Positions 29,872-40,224 are shown, numbered from the stretch's first letter. The stretch: DNA of 64,000 nt from an uncultured Desulfobacter sp. (GCA_963665095.1 OY762069.1:6208001-6272000); one strand, 5' to 3'. The notes: generated from the sequence alone by a model not told the origin. A program made the numbers and translations.

Positions 29872-30597
29872 ATGGCAGAAAAACTAAAGGTCGGGACTCT
29901 GATTTCCGGGGGCGGCACCAATCTGCAGGCTATCATTGATGCCTGCAGCCAAGGCTGTATTGATGCCCGGATTAGTTTTACCGGGTCTGACGTGGCCGGG
30001 GTCAAAGGGCTTGAACGGGCCGAAAAAGCCGGGATCAGTACCTTTGTGGTAGACTATGCCCAGATTATTTCTTCCTGCCGCTCCGATAATGAGGCGCTGG
30101 ATGCCCGTTTGCCGGCAGATTTCAACCTGGAGGACATTTTAAAGAAGCAGCGGCTGGTGGATCCTGATAAAGACCGGGAAAAAGCGCTTTTCTTTTTGAA
30201 GACCCGGGCTGTTGCCGAACGAATGCTTCTTGAAAATATGGCAGATTATGAAATGGATTTTCTCGTATTGGCCGGGTTCATGCGGGTGCTGACTCCGTAT
30301 TTTATTGACCGGATCAACACAGAGAAGACCGGACTGAGAATCATCAACATTCATCCGGCCCTGCTGCCGGCATTTCCCGGTACGGACGGATATGGGGACA
30401 CCTTCCGGTATGGCTGCAAAGTAGGCGGATGCACAGTCCATTTTGTCGATTACGGAGAGGACACAGGACCCATTATCGGCCAGAAGTCATTTGAAATTCA
30501 GGATACCGACACCCTGGATGATGTCAAAAGAAAAGGTCTGGAAAAAGAGTGGGAGCTCTATCCTGCCTGTATCCAGAAGATTGCGCAGTCCCGGTAA
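29872..30597 (+). CDS. purN: Phosphoribosylglycinamide formyltransferase
   Basis: SGGGTNLQA, LAGFMRVL, NIHPALLPAFPG, GCTVHFVD, DTGPII. Confidence 0.93.
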   Translation: MAEKLKVGTLISGGGTNLQAIIDACSQGCIDARISFTGSDVAGVKGLERAEKAGISTFVVDYAQIISSCRSDNEALDARLPADFNLEDILKKQRLVDPDKDREKALFFLKTRAVAERMLLENMADYEMDFLVLAGFMRVLTPYFIDRINTEKTGLRIINIHPALLPAFPGTDGYGDTFRYGCKVGGCTVHFVDYGEDTGPIIGQKSFEIQDTDTLDDVKRKGLEKEWELYPACIQKIAQSR

Positions 30598-30637
30598 TTT
30601 TTTCAGGGCATAGAAAAACAGCCTGACAGGCCTTTTT

Positions 30638-31858
30638 CTATGCTTCAGAGAAAAAGGAATCTGCCATTTTTAATGCATCCAGGTAAAATGCGGGTAGTTT
30701 TTTTATCAATTTGGAATCTTCGGCTGCCTGAAACCGGGTATGGGACCATTTCCCCTGCTTGAAACTAGTGATCAGGTCGTTGAGTTGGCTAAATACTTTA
30801 TCTTTTCCTAACAGAGCGTCCTTGATTTTTTCGGATAAAGTTATTTTTTCAAGAATATCCTTCATGGGCATGTCTATAATGGCATCCATGGTGGAGAACA
30901 GTCCAACAGTAAACAGCTCCTCCGGTGAAAATTGGGTTTTAATGACCTGCCCGCATTGTTCACACATTCTGGCCTTTATGACAGAAGAACGGACCAGTTC
31001 GTTGGGTTTGTCCGGGTTCATATCTGACACCACCACCACGCTGACAAATTTTTTCAACTCCTGAAGACCGAGGAACGTGATGGCATCCTTAATTGTGTCA
31101 ACAGCCGTGGGGCGCTGGAAATAAGCAGAGTTGATAAAGCTTAACAGTTTGAAAGAGATGGCCACATCGTTTTTAATTAAATCCTCAATGACTTTAAGAT
31201 CCGGCTCTTCGCGTGTGACCTCATTTAACAGCTTCAGGTTGGTTACCTGGTTTGCGCTCAGCCCTTTGCGGGACAGTACCTCCGGTTTTGAAAAGAAATA
31301 GCCCTGGAAAAGCTGAAAGCCCATTCCTTTTGCCTGTTCAAACTCTTCATAGGTCTCCACCTTTTCACAAAGCAGAGTGATGTGGCTTAATTCCTTCTCA
31401 ATTCTGGACAGAACCGGTCCCAAGGTATCCAGAGGCGTGGCCATGATATCAAATTTAATCATATCACACAGGCTGATCATCTCATCAAATTTCTGGTCGT
31501 ACACAAAATCATCCAGGGCAATGCGGAATCCATTATCTTTAAAGGTGTTAAGCGCATCAATGACTGCCGGTTCCGGTTCAATATTTTCTAAAACTTCAAT
31601 GATGATGTGTTCTTTAGGAAACAGCAGCGGTGTCTGTTTAACTAAAAGATCCTGGGTAAAGTTGATCAACCCTGGTTTGCCGGACAGAATGTCATTTAGA
31701 CCAAAGGAGAAAAAGGTGTTGGACAATACGCCGGATGTAGCGGTTGATCCGTCAATATTCGGAAATACATTGTCAAGGCCGAGCCTGAATAAAAGCTCAT
31801 AACCGAAAATCTTCTTCTTTGGGGTAAATACAGGCTGGCGGGCAACAAAAATATCCAT
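30638..31858 (-). CDS. EAL-HDOD domain protein (YuxH/PdeH-like)
   Basis: FVARQP, GYELLFR, IALDDF, EKVET, FQGYFF, then KLLSFINS HDOD region. Confidence 0.9.
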   Translation of the reverse strand: MDIFVARQPVFTPKKKIFGYELLFRLGLDNVFPNIDGSTATSGVLSNTFFSFGLNDILSGKPGLINFTQDLLVKQTPLLFPKEHIIIEVLENIEPEPAVIDALNTFKDNGFRIALDDFVYDQKFDEMISLCDMIKFDIMATPLDTLGPVLSRIEKELSHITLLCEKVETYEEFEQAKGMGFQLFQGYFFSKPEVLSRKGLSANQVTNLKLLNEVTREEPDLKVIEDLIKNDVAISFKLLSFINSAYFQRPTAVDTIKDAITFLGLQELKKFVSVVVVSDMNPDKPNELVRSSVIKARMCEQCGQVIKTQFSPEELFTVGLFSTMDAIIDMPMKDILEKITLSEKIKDALLGKDKVFSQLNDLITSFKQGKWSHTRFQAAEDSKLIKKLPAFYLDALKMADSFFSEA

Positions 31859-32086
31859 TGAGCTGAAAACTCCCTGAGTTAAACTTATTACATATTGCTG
31901 TCATGGTTGGGCCTGATTTTTTGTCCAGGGGGTGCCATGATAGAATAAGTAATATTTTATTGTTGTTATAGGTTAAACCAATAAAAAACAAGTAGGTAAA
32001 TATACCTTCTCTGTAGGATGAAATCAAGAAAAAGCCAACATTGAAATACATCTGAGGCCAAAGGCCGTCGCGACTGGCTGCCTTTA

Positions 32087-33268
32087 TCAGGAGAGCAGCT
32101 TGAGCATCAGCGGCAGGGCGGTCATGGTGCCAATGGAGGATCCCAGATTTGTAAATACCACCACCAGAAGAATCCTTGTTACATTATTCCGCCAGAAGCC
32201 TTTCACCGAAGTGATATCCTGAGGGATGGCTTCAAGATCCCTTACTTTAGGCTTGCGTGCAAATGCCTCAACCAGACCTGCCACCCATCCGGCAGCTATC
32301 ATGGGGTTCAGGGAAGTCAGGGGGGCTGCAATGATGGATGAAACGATGGTATAGGGATGAGCCAGGGCAATCAGGGCACCGATGCCGGCAAAAATGCCAT
32401 TGGCCAGTACCCAGATCCAGATCATGTCGGTTCCGGCACTTTTCCCTTCCATGAGGAATCCGGCAATAAAAAGTATGAGAATCAAGGCAGGGATCAGCCA
32501 CTTAAGGATTTTGCCTGCTTTGCCGGGCGGGGGAAGCTCTTTAAGCGCTGCTATATCAATGGGAGTAGCCTGTTTAATATAACGGCGTATACCCGGAACA
32601 TGAGCAGCCCCCACCACTGCCACAATTTTGGGGCCTGGTGCGGACCGGATGTTCTCAGCCAGAAACTGGTCCCGCTCGTCGATCAGGGCTTTCCCGATAA
32701 TGGGGTGATCCTCTTTAATCTCTGAGAGCAATGACTGCAGAATATCCTGATGCTTCATTTTTTCAATATCCGCCTCTTCAATTTCATCGGACTGGCCAAA
32801 AGAAAATACCATGGAGACCATCAGCTTTGTTTTTTCCCAGAACCCCATTCCCCGCCAGACCCGTGACAGGGTTGTCTGGATTTCCCGGTCCGCAGGGATA
32901 ATTGCGGCATTAACCTTTTCTGCCGCGGTAATGGCATTCATCATCTCCTGGCCCGGTTTAATGCCGAATTTGTCTGCTATTTTTTTCTGGAAAGAGGCCA
33001 GCAAAAGGTTCATGAAGAGCATCAGGGCTTTTTTTTCTTTGATAACCTTGACGATGTCCATGTTACGCCACCTGTCGGCGTCCCGGATAGATGAGAGGCG
33101 GTTGGTACATAACTCCACACACACTGTGTCCGGCTGTTCCTTCTCTATTGTGTCCGATACGAGCTCAGCGCTGTGCCGGGAGACATGCGCGGTGCCGATA
33201 AGAATGATTTTTTTATCTTCCCAGTCAAGGGTGTGGATGTCGTTATGATCTGTTGGCGTTTCATTCAT
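32087..33268 (-). CDS. TraB/PrgY/GumN family membrane protein
   Basis: IGTAHVS, VCVEL, PGQEM, DERD, VVGAAH, C-terminal TMs with NLGSSIG. Confidence 0.9.
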   Translation of the reverse strand: MNETPTDHNDIHTLDWEDKKIILIGTAHVSRHSAELVSDTIEKEQPDTVCVELCTNRLSSIRDADRWRNMDIVKVIKEKKALMLFMNLLLASFQKKIADKFGIKPGQEMMNAITAAEKVNAAIIPADREIQTTLSRVWRGMGFWEKTKLMVSMVFSFGQSDEIEEADIEKMKHQDILQSLLSEIKEDHPIIGKALIDERDQFLAENIRSAPGPKIVAVVGAAHVPGIRRYIKQATPIDIAALKELPPPGKAGKILKWLIPALILILFIAGFLMEGKSAGTDMIWIWVLANGIFAGIGALIALAHPYTIVSSIIAAPLTSLNPMIAAGWVAGLVEAFARKPKVRDLEAIPQDITSVKGFWRNNVTRILLVVVFTNLGSSIGTMTALPLMLKLLS

Positions 33269-33394
33269 TATTTAAACCGGCCTTATAGTTAAATTCAAAA
33301 AAGAAAAAATTATTATAACCATTTAAATATCCATGGCAATACAAAATAAGCGCAAATCTTGACCTGGTTAAACGGTTCTGGTATTCAGCATTCT

Positions 33395-33583
33395 ATGAAA
33401 TCTGCTGACGAACAAATATTAAGAGCAACCAAGGAAATCATAGTCAAGTTCATTGAAATGGGGCGGTTGTCGCCTTCCAACGTCCATGAATCTTTCAAGG
33501 ATGTTTATAAGACGGTCAATGATACAGTAAAAAAAAACCTGGACTCGCCTCAAGATGACGCATCCGGAACCAATAAATCCTGA
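33395..33583 (+). CDS. Small hypothetical protein (62 aa)
   Basis: Amphipathic QILRATKEIIVKFIEMGRLSP...FKDVYKTV; heads the Gate-recN gene run. Confidence 0.7.
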   Translation: MKSADEQILRATKEIIVKFIEMGRLSPSNVHESFKDVYKTVNDTVKKNLDSPQDDASGTNKS

Positions 33584-34556
33584 AGTATCGCAGTTCGGTC
33601 GTGCCCGGACGGCTGTCAGCCAGGGCGTGAAAAAAGGATGGGGCGGCCTGATATGGCTTTTAAAGATTCTTGTGCCGATCTCCTTTGCAACAACCCTGAT
33701 GGTTCATTTTGAACTTTTACACCACCTGGATTTTTTTTTGCAGCCGCTGATGACCCTGATTCATCTGCCGGCATCTGCTGCCGTAGTTCTGGTTATCGGC
33801 ATTTTTACAGGCATCTACGGTACTGTCGCGGCACTGTCTGTTATGTCCTTTTCCATGGATCATATGACCCTGATAGCTGTTTTTACCCTGATTTCCCATA
33901 ATTTGCTCCAGGAGAGCCTGGTGCAGGCTAAATCCGGTTTTAAGTTTTCAACGGCTGTGGTGTTCCGGCTGATCATGGCTTTCATTGTCACCATGATCTG
34001 CGGGTGGATTATGGGGATCAGCCCGGAAGGCGTGGCAGCTGGAGGGGTTTGCGGTCAGCCTGTGGCCGCCGTATCCTTTGGTGCAATGCTGGCAGACTGG
34101 GCTAAGGGCACCTTTTTTTTATGTTTGCAGATATTCTGTATCATCATGCCTTTGATGGTTACCATGGAGCTGGCAAAGACCTTCCATGTTATTGAGGCTG
34201 TGACACACGCCTGCGCTCCTCTGTTAAGGCTTATGGGGCTCGATCGTTCCTGTGCTCTGTTATGGATGACGGCTGCGGTTTTCGGTCTGGCCTACGGGGC
34301 GGCAGTTATCGTGGAGGAGACAAAAAACAATACCCACGACCGGGATGCACTGACCCGGCTTCATCTTTCCATCGGCGTCAACCATGCCATGATTGAGGAT
34401 CCCTCGTTGTTTCTGCCTCTGGGACTGCCGGTATTCTGGCTCTGGATTCCCAGGCTTGTGGCGGCTATAGCCGCAGCCTGGATGCACATGGGTTACTCTT
34501 CGACAAGGAGACTGTATGCTGCACGCCCTGGGCATAAAAAATTTTGCGATCATTGA
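33555..34556 (+). CDS. Nucleoside-recognition (Gate) domain membrane protein
   Basis: Two hydrophobic repeats with PLM..LP..A / PLLRLMGL, HNLLQE and HAMIED motifs. Confidence 0.78.
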   Translation: MTHPEPINPEVSQFGRARTAVSQGVKKGWGGLIWLLKILVPISFATTLMVHFELLHHLDFFLQPLMTLIHLPASAAVVLVIGIFTGIYGTVAALSVMSFSMDHMTLIAVFTLISHNLLQESLVQAKSGFKFSTAVVFRLIMAFIVTMICGWIMGISPEGVAAGGVCGQPVAAVSFGAMLADWAKGTFFLCLQIFCIIMPLMVTMELAKTFHVIEAVTHACAPLLRLMGLDRSCALLWMTAAVFGLAYGAAVIVEETKNNTHDRDALTRLHLSIGVNHAMIEDPSLFLPLGLPVFWLWIPRLVAAIAAAWMHMGYSSTRRLYAARPGHKKFCDH

Positions 34557-36216
34557 GGACCTGCGTATTGAGTTCGGTGCCGGCCTCTCTGTGCTGACAG
34601 GAGAAACCGGCGCGGGGAAATCAATCATTATCCAGGCGGTGAATCTGCTTTTAGGGTCAAGGGCCTCGGCCGATCTGGTGCGTACCGGAAAACAGAGTGC
34701 AGAACTGGAAGCTGTTTTCGATATTGCGCCCGATTCTCATGCCGCCCGGGTAATGGCGGAACAGGATCTGGATAGTGAAGAGGGACTCATTATTCGAAGA
34801 ATTATTTCTGCCTCGGGAAAAAGCCGGATTTTTGTCAATTCCCGGATAGTGACATTGGAATTTTTAAAACAGGTGACTGAAAACCTGGCCGGGGTCTCCA
34901 GCCAGCATGCCCATCAGGGACTGCTGAAAGAGGAACAACACCTGGATATTCTGGATGAATTTTCCCGTACCGTGGATTTACGCAATGATGTTTTAAGGCT
35001 TTACCAGCAGATTGTCCCGTTGAAAAATGAAATTGCCCGGCTGAAGGACAGAAAAGACAATGCCCAGAAAGAGCTGGAACTTTTACAGTTTCAGGTGGAT
35101 GAAATTGAAGCCGCCCATATCCGGCCCGGGGAGGACGAGGAACTGGCCCGGAAACGGGAACAGCTTCAGAATGCCGGGCAGATTTTTGAGTCGGTGAACA
35201 GGGCTGTGCATCATCTGTACGACCGGGAGGGCTCCGTGCTTGAACTGATTTCCGGCATGGCTTTAAACCTGTGCCGGTTTAGCCAGAAAGACGAGGCGCT
35301 TTCACCCATGGCCCGCCGTCTGGATGAAATTTCTTATGAACTCCAGGATCTGGTTACTGAGCTTCGCAATTATGCCACAGGCATTGACCTGGATCCCGAG
35401 TCTTTGGATCAGGTGGATCAGCGCATGGATCAGATTGCCAAACTTAAACGCAAATACGGGGGCAGTCTGGAGAGTGTGCTTGAACAGTATCAGGCCATGT
35501 CGAGTGACGTAAGTGACATCCAGGGACTGGAAGTGCAGATCAAAGGGCTGGAAGAAAAAGAGAAAGAGCTGGTGGAAAGTATCCGCCGGAAGGTCAAAGC
35601 CCTTTCCATGCGGCGCCGGAAGGAAGCCTTAACCCTTGCAAAACTGGCAACCGATGAGCTGGGTGCTTTGGAGATGGGCCGGGCAACCTTTGAAGTGGAA
35701 TTTTCCACCCGCCAAAGTGATGGTCCTGATGAGCTTGCGACCGAAGAGCAGGAAAAAATAACCGCCACAGGCATGGACCGGGTTCGTTTCCTGCTTAGCC
35801 CCAATCCGGGCGAGGCTGCCAGGCCACTTTCCAAAATTGCATCTGGTGGCGAACTTTCCCGCATTGTTTTGGCGCTTAAGGCTGTTCTGTCCTTAGGCCA
35901 CTGCGTTGAAACCCTGATTTTTGATGAGGTAGATGCCGGCATTGGCGGGGCTACATCAGACAAAGTAGGGATCAAGCTTAAGGCGCTTGGCCGGGTTCAC
36001 CAGGTGATCTGCATTACCCATCTGGCCCAGATTGCCAGGTATGGAAATCAGCAGTTTAGAATTGCCAAACAGGTATCCGCAGGCCGGACTGCCACCCGTA
36101 TCACACCTTTAATCTGCCCGGAAGATCGGGTTAAAGAGATAGCCAGAATGATCGGCGGCACCGATATCACAGACGCCACGCTTGCCCATGCCAGAGAACT
36201 TCTTGAAACAGCCTGA
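34516..36216 (+). CDS. recN: DNA repair protein RecN
   Basis: LTGETGAGKS, coiled coil, KIASGGELSR, FDEVDAGIGG, ITHLAQIA, EIARM. Confidence 0.97.
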   Translation: MLHALGIKNFAIIEDLRIEFGAGLSVLTGETGAGKSIIIQAVNLLLGSRASADLVRTGKQSAELEAVFDIAPDSHAARVMAEQDLDSEEGLIIRRIISASGKSRIFVNSRIVTLEFLKQVTENLAGVSSQHAHQGLLKEEQHLDILDEFSRTVDLRNDVLRLYQQIVPLKNEIARLKDRKDNAQKELELLQFQVDEIEAAHIRPGEDEELARKREQLQNAGQIFESVNRAVHHLYDREGSVLELISGMALNLCRFSQKDEALSPMARRLDEISYELQDLVTELRNYATGIDLDPESLDQVDQRMDQIAKLKRKYGGSLESVLEQYQAMSSDVSDIQGLEVQIKGLEEKEKELVESIRRKVKALSMRRRKEALTLAKLATDELGALEMGRATFEVEFSTRQSDGPDELATEEQEKITATGMDRVRFLLSPNPGEAARPLSKIASGGELSRIVLALKAVLSLGHCVETLIFDEVDAGIGGATSDKVGIKLKALGRVHQVICITHLAQIARYGNQQFRIAKQVSAGRTATRITPLICPEDRVKEIARMIGGTDITDATLAHARELLETA

Positions 36217-36219
36217 GTC

Positions 36220-36247
36220 TTGACAAATCCCTTTTTCTGCTTATATT
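36220..36247 (+). promoter_or_regulatory. Putative sigma70 promoter upstream of the zinc-ribbon gene and gltA
   Basis: TTGACA-16 nt-TATATT. Confidence 0.55.
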
Positions 36248-36395
36248 AGTAAGTTATTGTAAATTTGATTCAGAGCTGCTTTTCTCAGGTAACGCCCTGG
36301 ATTAACCCGGAATTGATTCAGGACGGCTCAGAGTTGTAATCACCCCATTTGGTGGGTCAGCCGTCCGTCCAGTATACAAACCGCAAGGAGTGATT

Positions 36396-36644
36396 ATGCC
36401 GATATATGAATTCAAATGCAGTAAATGCGAGGAGTTTTTTGAAGTGATCGTGATGGGGTCGGATGGAGATCGGGAAGTGGCCTGCCCCAAGTGCCAGTCC
36501 AAAGAGTTCCAGCGAGTGGTTTCCACTACCAATTATGCCATGGGGGCTTCAGGGCCAGCCTCAAAAGGGGTTTATACCCAGGAGCGTACCTGCTCAACCG
36601 GGTCCTGCAAAACCTACACCATTCCAGGAGGAACAAACGGTTAG
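36396..36644 (+). CDS. FmdB family zinc-ribbon protein
   Basis: MPIYEFKCSKC...FE...CPKCQS; RBS AAGGAG. Confidence 0.9.
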   Translation: MPIYEFKCSKCEEFFEVIVMGSDGDREVACPKCQSKEFQRVVSTTNYAMGASGPASKGVYTQERTCSTGSCKTYTIPGGTNG

Positions 36645-36757
36645 CACCCTTGTTTTTTTGAATTGTTAATGTGCAAGATTTGTATTTGATCATGAGTCCG
36701 GAATATTTGCAGCGCTGATATAGTGGATGACCCGGGGCCTGTGCAAAAGGAGAATTT

Positions 36758-38059
36758 ATGGAAATGACGGCAAAGCTGATAATTGATGGCAAAGAATACT
36801 TGCTGCCTGTTTTTGAAGGCACTGAAGGTGACTGTGCCATTGACATCAGAAATTTGAGAAGAGAAACGGGCCTGATTACGTTTGATCCGGGATTCGGGAA
36901 TACTGGTTCATGTAAAAGCAGCATTACTTTCATGGACGGAGAACAGGGTATTCTTCGGTACAGGGGCATTCCCATTGAACAACTGGCGGAAAAATCCACC
37001 TTTGTGGAAACCGCTTATTTGTTGATTGCCGGCAAGCTGCCCACCCGGGATGAGTTGACAAGAACTTCCGTGTTTCTGAATGACTTTTCCCCGATTCATG
37101 AAAATATGAAAAGCTTTTATCGAAACTATCCTGCCAAGGCCCATCCCATGGGTATTCTGTCTGCCATGGTAAATGCCATGAGGAGCTTTTATCCGGAATT
37201 GGTGGATCTTGAGGAGGAGATGAATACAACCTTTCTGCGCATTATTTCTAAAATTCGGACCATGGCAGCCATGGCCTACAGGATTTCAATGGGTCAGATG
37301 GTGGTTTATCCCCGGCCGGATTTGTGCTACTGCTCCAATTTTCTGAACATGATGTTTGACTCTCCGGTTGTGCCGTATCATATTGATCCGGATCTCGTTC
37401 GGGCATTGAATGTGTTCTGGATTCTACATGCCGATCATGAACAGAATTGTTCCACCACCGCGGTGCGGGTTGTGGGGTCCAGCAAAGTGAATATTTATGC
37501 TGCTATTTCCACGGGAATTTCCGCCTTATGGGGGCCGCTGCACGGTGGTGCCAATCAGGCTGTAATAACGATGCTTGAGTCAGTTGAAAAAGCAGGGATG
37601 ACTATTGAGCAGTGTATTGCAAAGGCTAAGGATAAACAGGATCCTTTCCGGCTCATGGGATTTGGGCACCGGGTTTACAAGACCTACGATCCCCGTGCCA
37701 AAATTATGAAAAAGATGTGCGACATAGTTCTTTCAAAGGTAAAAAGAAAGGATCCTTTACTGGACATTGCTTTGCGGCTTGAAGAGGCAGCCCTTGAAGA
37801 TCCCTATTTCAAGGAAAAAAATCTGTATCCCAATGTGGATTTCTATTCAGGTATTGTGCTGCGGGCTATTGGGATTCCCACCAATATGTTTACCGTTATG
37901 TTCGCCATTGGCCGCCTTCCCGGATGGATTGCCCAGTGGAAAGAAGATACCATAGATCCTGAAATGAAGATTACACGGCCCAGGCAGATATATACCGGGG
38001 CCACTATCAACGATTATACCCCTATTGGTCAACGGACCACCGATGATCCGGTCTATTGA
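36758..38059 (+). CDS. gltA: Citrate synthase (type II)
   Basis: DPGF, LHADHEQNCST, GPLHGGAN, RLMGFGHRVY, YPNVDFYSG, RPRQIY. Confidence 0.97.
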   Translation: MEMTAKLIIDGKEYLLPVFEGTEGDCAIDIRNLRRETGLITFDPGFGNTGSCKSSITFMDGEQGILRYRGIPIEQLAEKSTFVETAYLLIAGKLPTRDELTRTSVFLNDFSPIHENMKSFYRNYPAKAHPMGILSAMVNAMRSFYPELVDLEEEMNTTFLRIISKIRTMAAMAYRISMGQMVVYPRPDLCYCSNFLNMMFDSPVVPYHIDPDLVRALNVFWILHADHEQNCSTTAVRVVGSSKVNIYAAISTGISALWGPLHGGANQAVITMLESVEKAGMTIEQCIAKAKDKQDPFRLMGFGHRVYKTYDPRAKIMKKMCDIVLSKVKRKDPLLDIALRLEEAALEDPYFKEKNLYPNVDFYSGIVLRAIGIPTNMFTVMFAIGRLPGWIAQWKEDTIDPEMKITRPRQIYTGATINDYTPIGQRTTDDPVY

Positions 38060-38894
38060 AATAATCGCCCACCGCGGGGCCAGAAGCCTGGCCCCGGAAA
38101 ATACCTTGGCAGCTGCCCGCCTCGGGCATGAGCTTGGCGCCCATCGATGGGAGACTGATGCCAGCCTGACCCGGGACGGGCAGATGGTTTTGTTTCATGA
38201 TCATACCCTTACCCGGTGTACCAATGCAGTCCAGGTGCTGGGGTATGATCCGGATCATCCTGAAAAGTTGGTCTGGCCGGGTCCCGGCACCATCGACCGT
38301 CTGGACAGTCATTTCCTGACCGATTTGGAAATCCTGGATGCCGGCAGTTGGTTCGAACAGGCAGATCCTTTTTCAACGGTATCTGAAATTGATCCGGAGA
38401 CCCTTGAAGGATTCAAGGGTGTTGGTATACCAACCCTTTATGAAGGTCTCGTACTGACAAAGGAGCTTGGCTGGTGTATCAATGTTGAACTTAAAGACCA
38501 TGAAAATGAGCCGGAACCCAATTTTCATCCATCCCGGGTTTTGGTCGAACTGGTCCGGTCCGGCATTACGCCTCAACAGGTGACGCTCTCTTCATTTAAC
38601 CATGGCTGGCTCAGATGGCTGCGGCAAAGAGCTCCTGAATATGAACTCCAGGCCCTGGTTGGGGATCGGGATGACGAACCTTTAGATTTTGATGATCCTG
38701 TGTTTACCAGCCATGAATTTGAAGTGCTTAATGTCAACGCCCTGCTGATTACATCTAAGCAAATCCGGTGTCTGACAGAGGCCGGAAAGCGCATCAATCT
38801 GTTCACAGTGAATGACCCCCATGATTATATGCGCTTTGTCAGTGCCGGAGCCAGCGGAATTTTCACTGATTTCCCTCAGCGTTTCACTGCCTGA
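38043..38894 (+). CDS. Glycerophosphodiester phosphodiesterase family protein
   Basis: IAHRGA...APENT, ETD, HD, NVELK, SSF, FTVN, IFTDFP. Confidence 0.9.
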   Translation: MIRSIEIIAHRGARSLAPENTLAAARLGHELGAHRWETDASLTRDGQMVLFHDHTLTRCTNAVQVLGYDPDHPEKLVWPGPGTIDRLDSHFLTDLEILDAGSWFEQADPFSTVSEIDPETLEGFKGVGIPTLYEGLVLTKELGWCINVELKDHENEPEPNFHPSRVLVELVRSGITPQQVTLSSFNHGWLRWLRQRAPEYELQALVGDRDDEPLDFDDPVFTSHEFEVLNVNALLITSKQIRCLTEAGKRINLFTVNDPHDYMRFVSAGASGIFTDFPQRFTA

Positions 38895-39031
38895 TTTTAT
38901 TGTTTTAGGTTCATAGACTGAATCAGATCTAATTCCTTCGGTATTGTTGTCTGAGCCTGTTTCTTTTATTGGACTCTTTGGGTTGCTGGCCCGTGTCTTC
39001 AGTCTTTCGGGGAGCAGCATCCGATCCGGTT

Positions 39032-40039
39032 TTAATGGCAGTAAAAAGAGTGGAACGCTTCTATCGTCTGGTCAATATCCTCAACCGAAATATCCAGATG
39101 GGTAACCAGGCGAAGATGTCCGGACCGGTCAATGAGAATCCCTTTGTTGCTCATGTGATCGGCCAGGGCGGGTGCGTCTTTTCCCACATCTGCAAATATC
39201 ATATTTGTCTGGACAGTATCTGGGTTAACATGCAGGCAGGGAATATCCGCAATGCCTCTGGCCAGCCGAAGGGCGTTATCATGATCCTGGGAGAGCCTTT
39301 GAACATGGTTATCCAGGGCATAAATGCCGGCTGCGGCCAGCATGCCTGCCTGACGCATCCCCCCTCCAAGCATTTTACGCCATTTTTTTGCCTCTTTGAT
39401 AAACGGGGCCGGTCCGCACAGAACAGACCCCACTGGTGCACCAAGGCCTTTGGATAAGCAGCAGGACACGGTATCAAACAGGCTGGTAATATTTTTTACA
39501 TCAATTTGTAGTTTAACTGCTGCATTAAATACCCTGGCCCCGTCCAGATGCCTTGCAAGCCGATGGACATTAGCAAACTGGCTGGCGGACTTAAGATAAT
39601 CCATGGGCAGCACTTTGCCTGCCTGGGTGTTTTCCAGGCATAACAACCGGGTTCTGGCAAAATGAAAGTCATCAGGTTTAATCGCATTTTCTACTTTTTT
39701 AAGGTCCAGGGTGCCGTCAGGTTCAAGGTCTATAGGCTGAGGCTGAATACTGCCCAATACAGCTGCACCTCCGCCTTCGTATTTATATGTATGTGCTGTT
39801 TGCCCTACAATGTATTCGTCACCCCTTCGGCAATGGGTCATCAGTGCCAGTAAATTTGATTGGGTGCCTGATGTGCAGAAAAGAGCAGCTTCCATCCCTG
39901 TAATGTCAGCAATTTTTTTTTCCAGTAAATTAACAGTAGGATCCTCTTTATATACATCGTCACCTACCTCTGCTTTTACCATTGCGTCTCTCATAGGTTC
40001 GGTAGGGCGGGTTACGGTGTCGCTTCTTAAATCAATCAT
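39032..40039 (-). CDS. ltaE: Low-specificity L-threonine aldolase
   Basis: DLRSDTVT, SGTQSN, LENT, HLDGAR, CLSKGLGAPVGS, GGGMRQAG. Confidence 0.95.
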   Translation of the reverse strand: MIDLRSDTVTRPTEPMRDAMVKAEVGDDVYKEDPTVNLLEKKIADITGMEAALFCTSGTQSNLLALMTHCRRGDEYIVGQTAHTYKYEGGGAAVLGSIQPQPIDLEPDGTLDLKKVENAIKPDDFHFARTRLLCLENTQAGKVLPMDYLKSASQFANVHRLARHLDGARVFNAAVKLQIDVKNITSLFDTVSCCLSKGLGAPVGSVLCGPAPFIKEAKKWRKMLGGGMRQAGMLAAAGIYALDNHVQRLSQDHDNALRLARGIADIPCLHVNPDTVQTNMIFADVGKDAPALADHMSNKGILIDRSGHLRLVTHLDISVEDIDQTIEAFHSFYCH

Positions 40040-40224
40040 TGTTTTTTATCCTCAATACAGTTTTTGAAAAAATTAATATGGTTTTTTTGAGATTAATCCG
40101 TCTCCCAGGGGAATTGGTTTTAATCCGTGCCCAAAGAATAAAAGTAATTAAATTATCTGTTCCTTCAATCGGTTACAGGGTGTCCCGTCTTACCACAACT
40201 TTGCTTCTGTGTGAGCAACAAAAA

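Noticed and set aside
32087..33268. Conjugative element suggested by the TraB name
   Set aside because: TraB/PrgY/GumN is a chromosomal family; no T4SS, relaxase or integrase is nearby.
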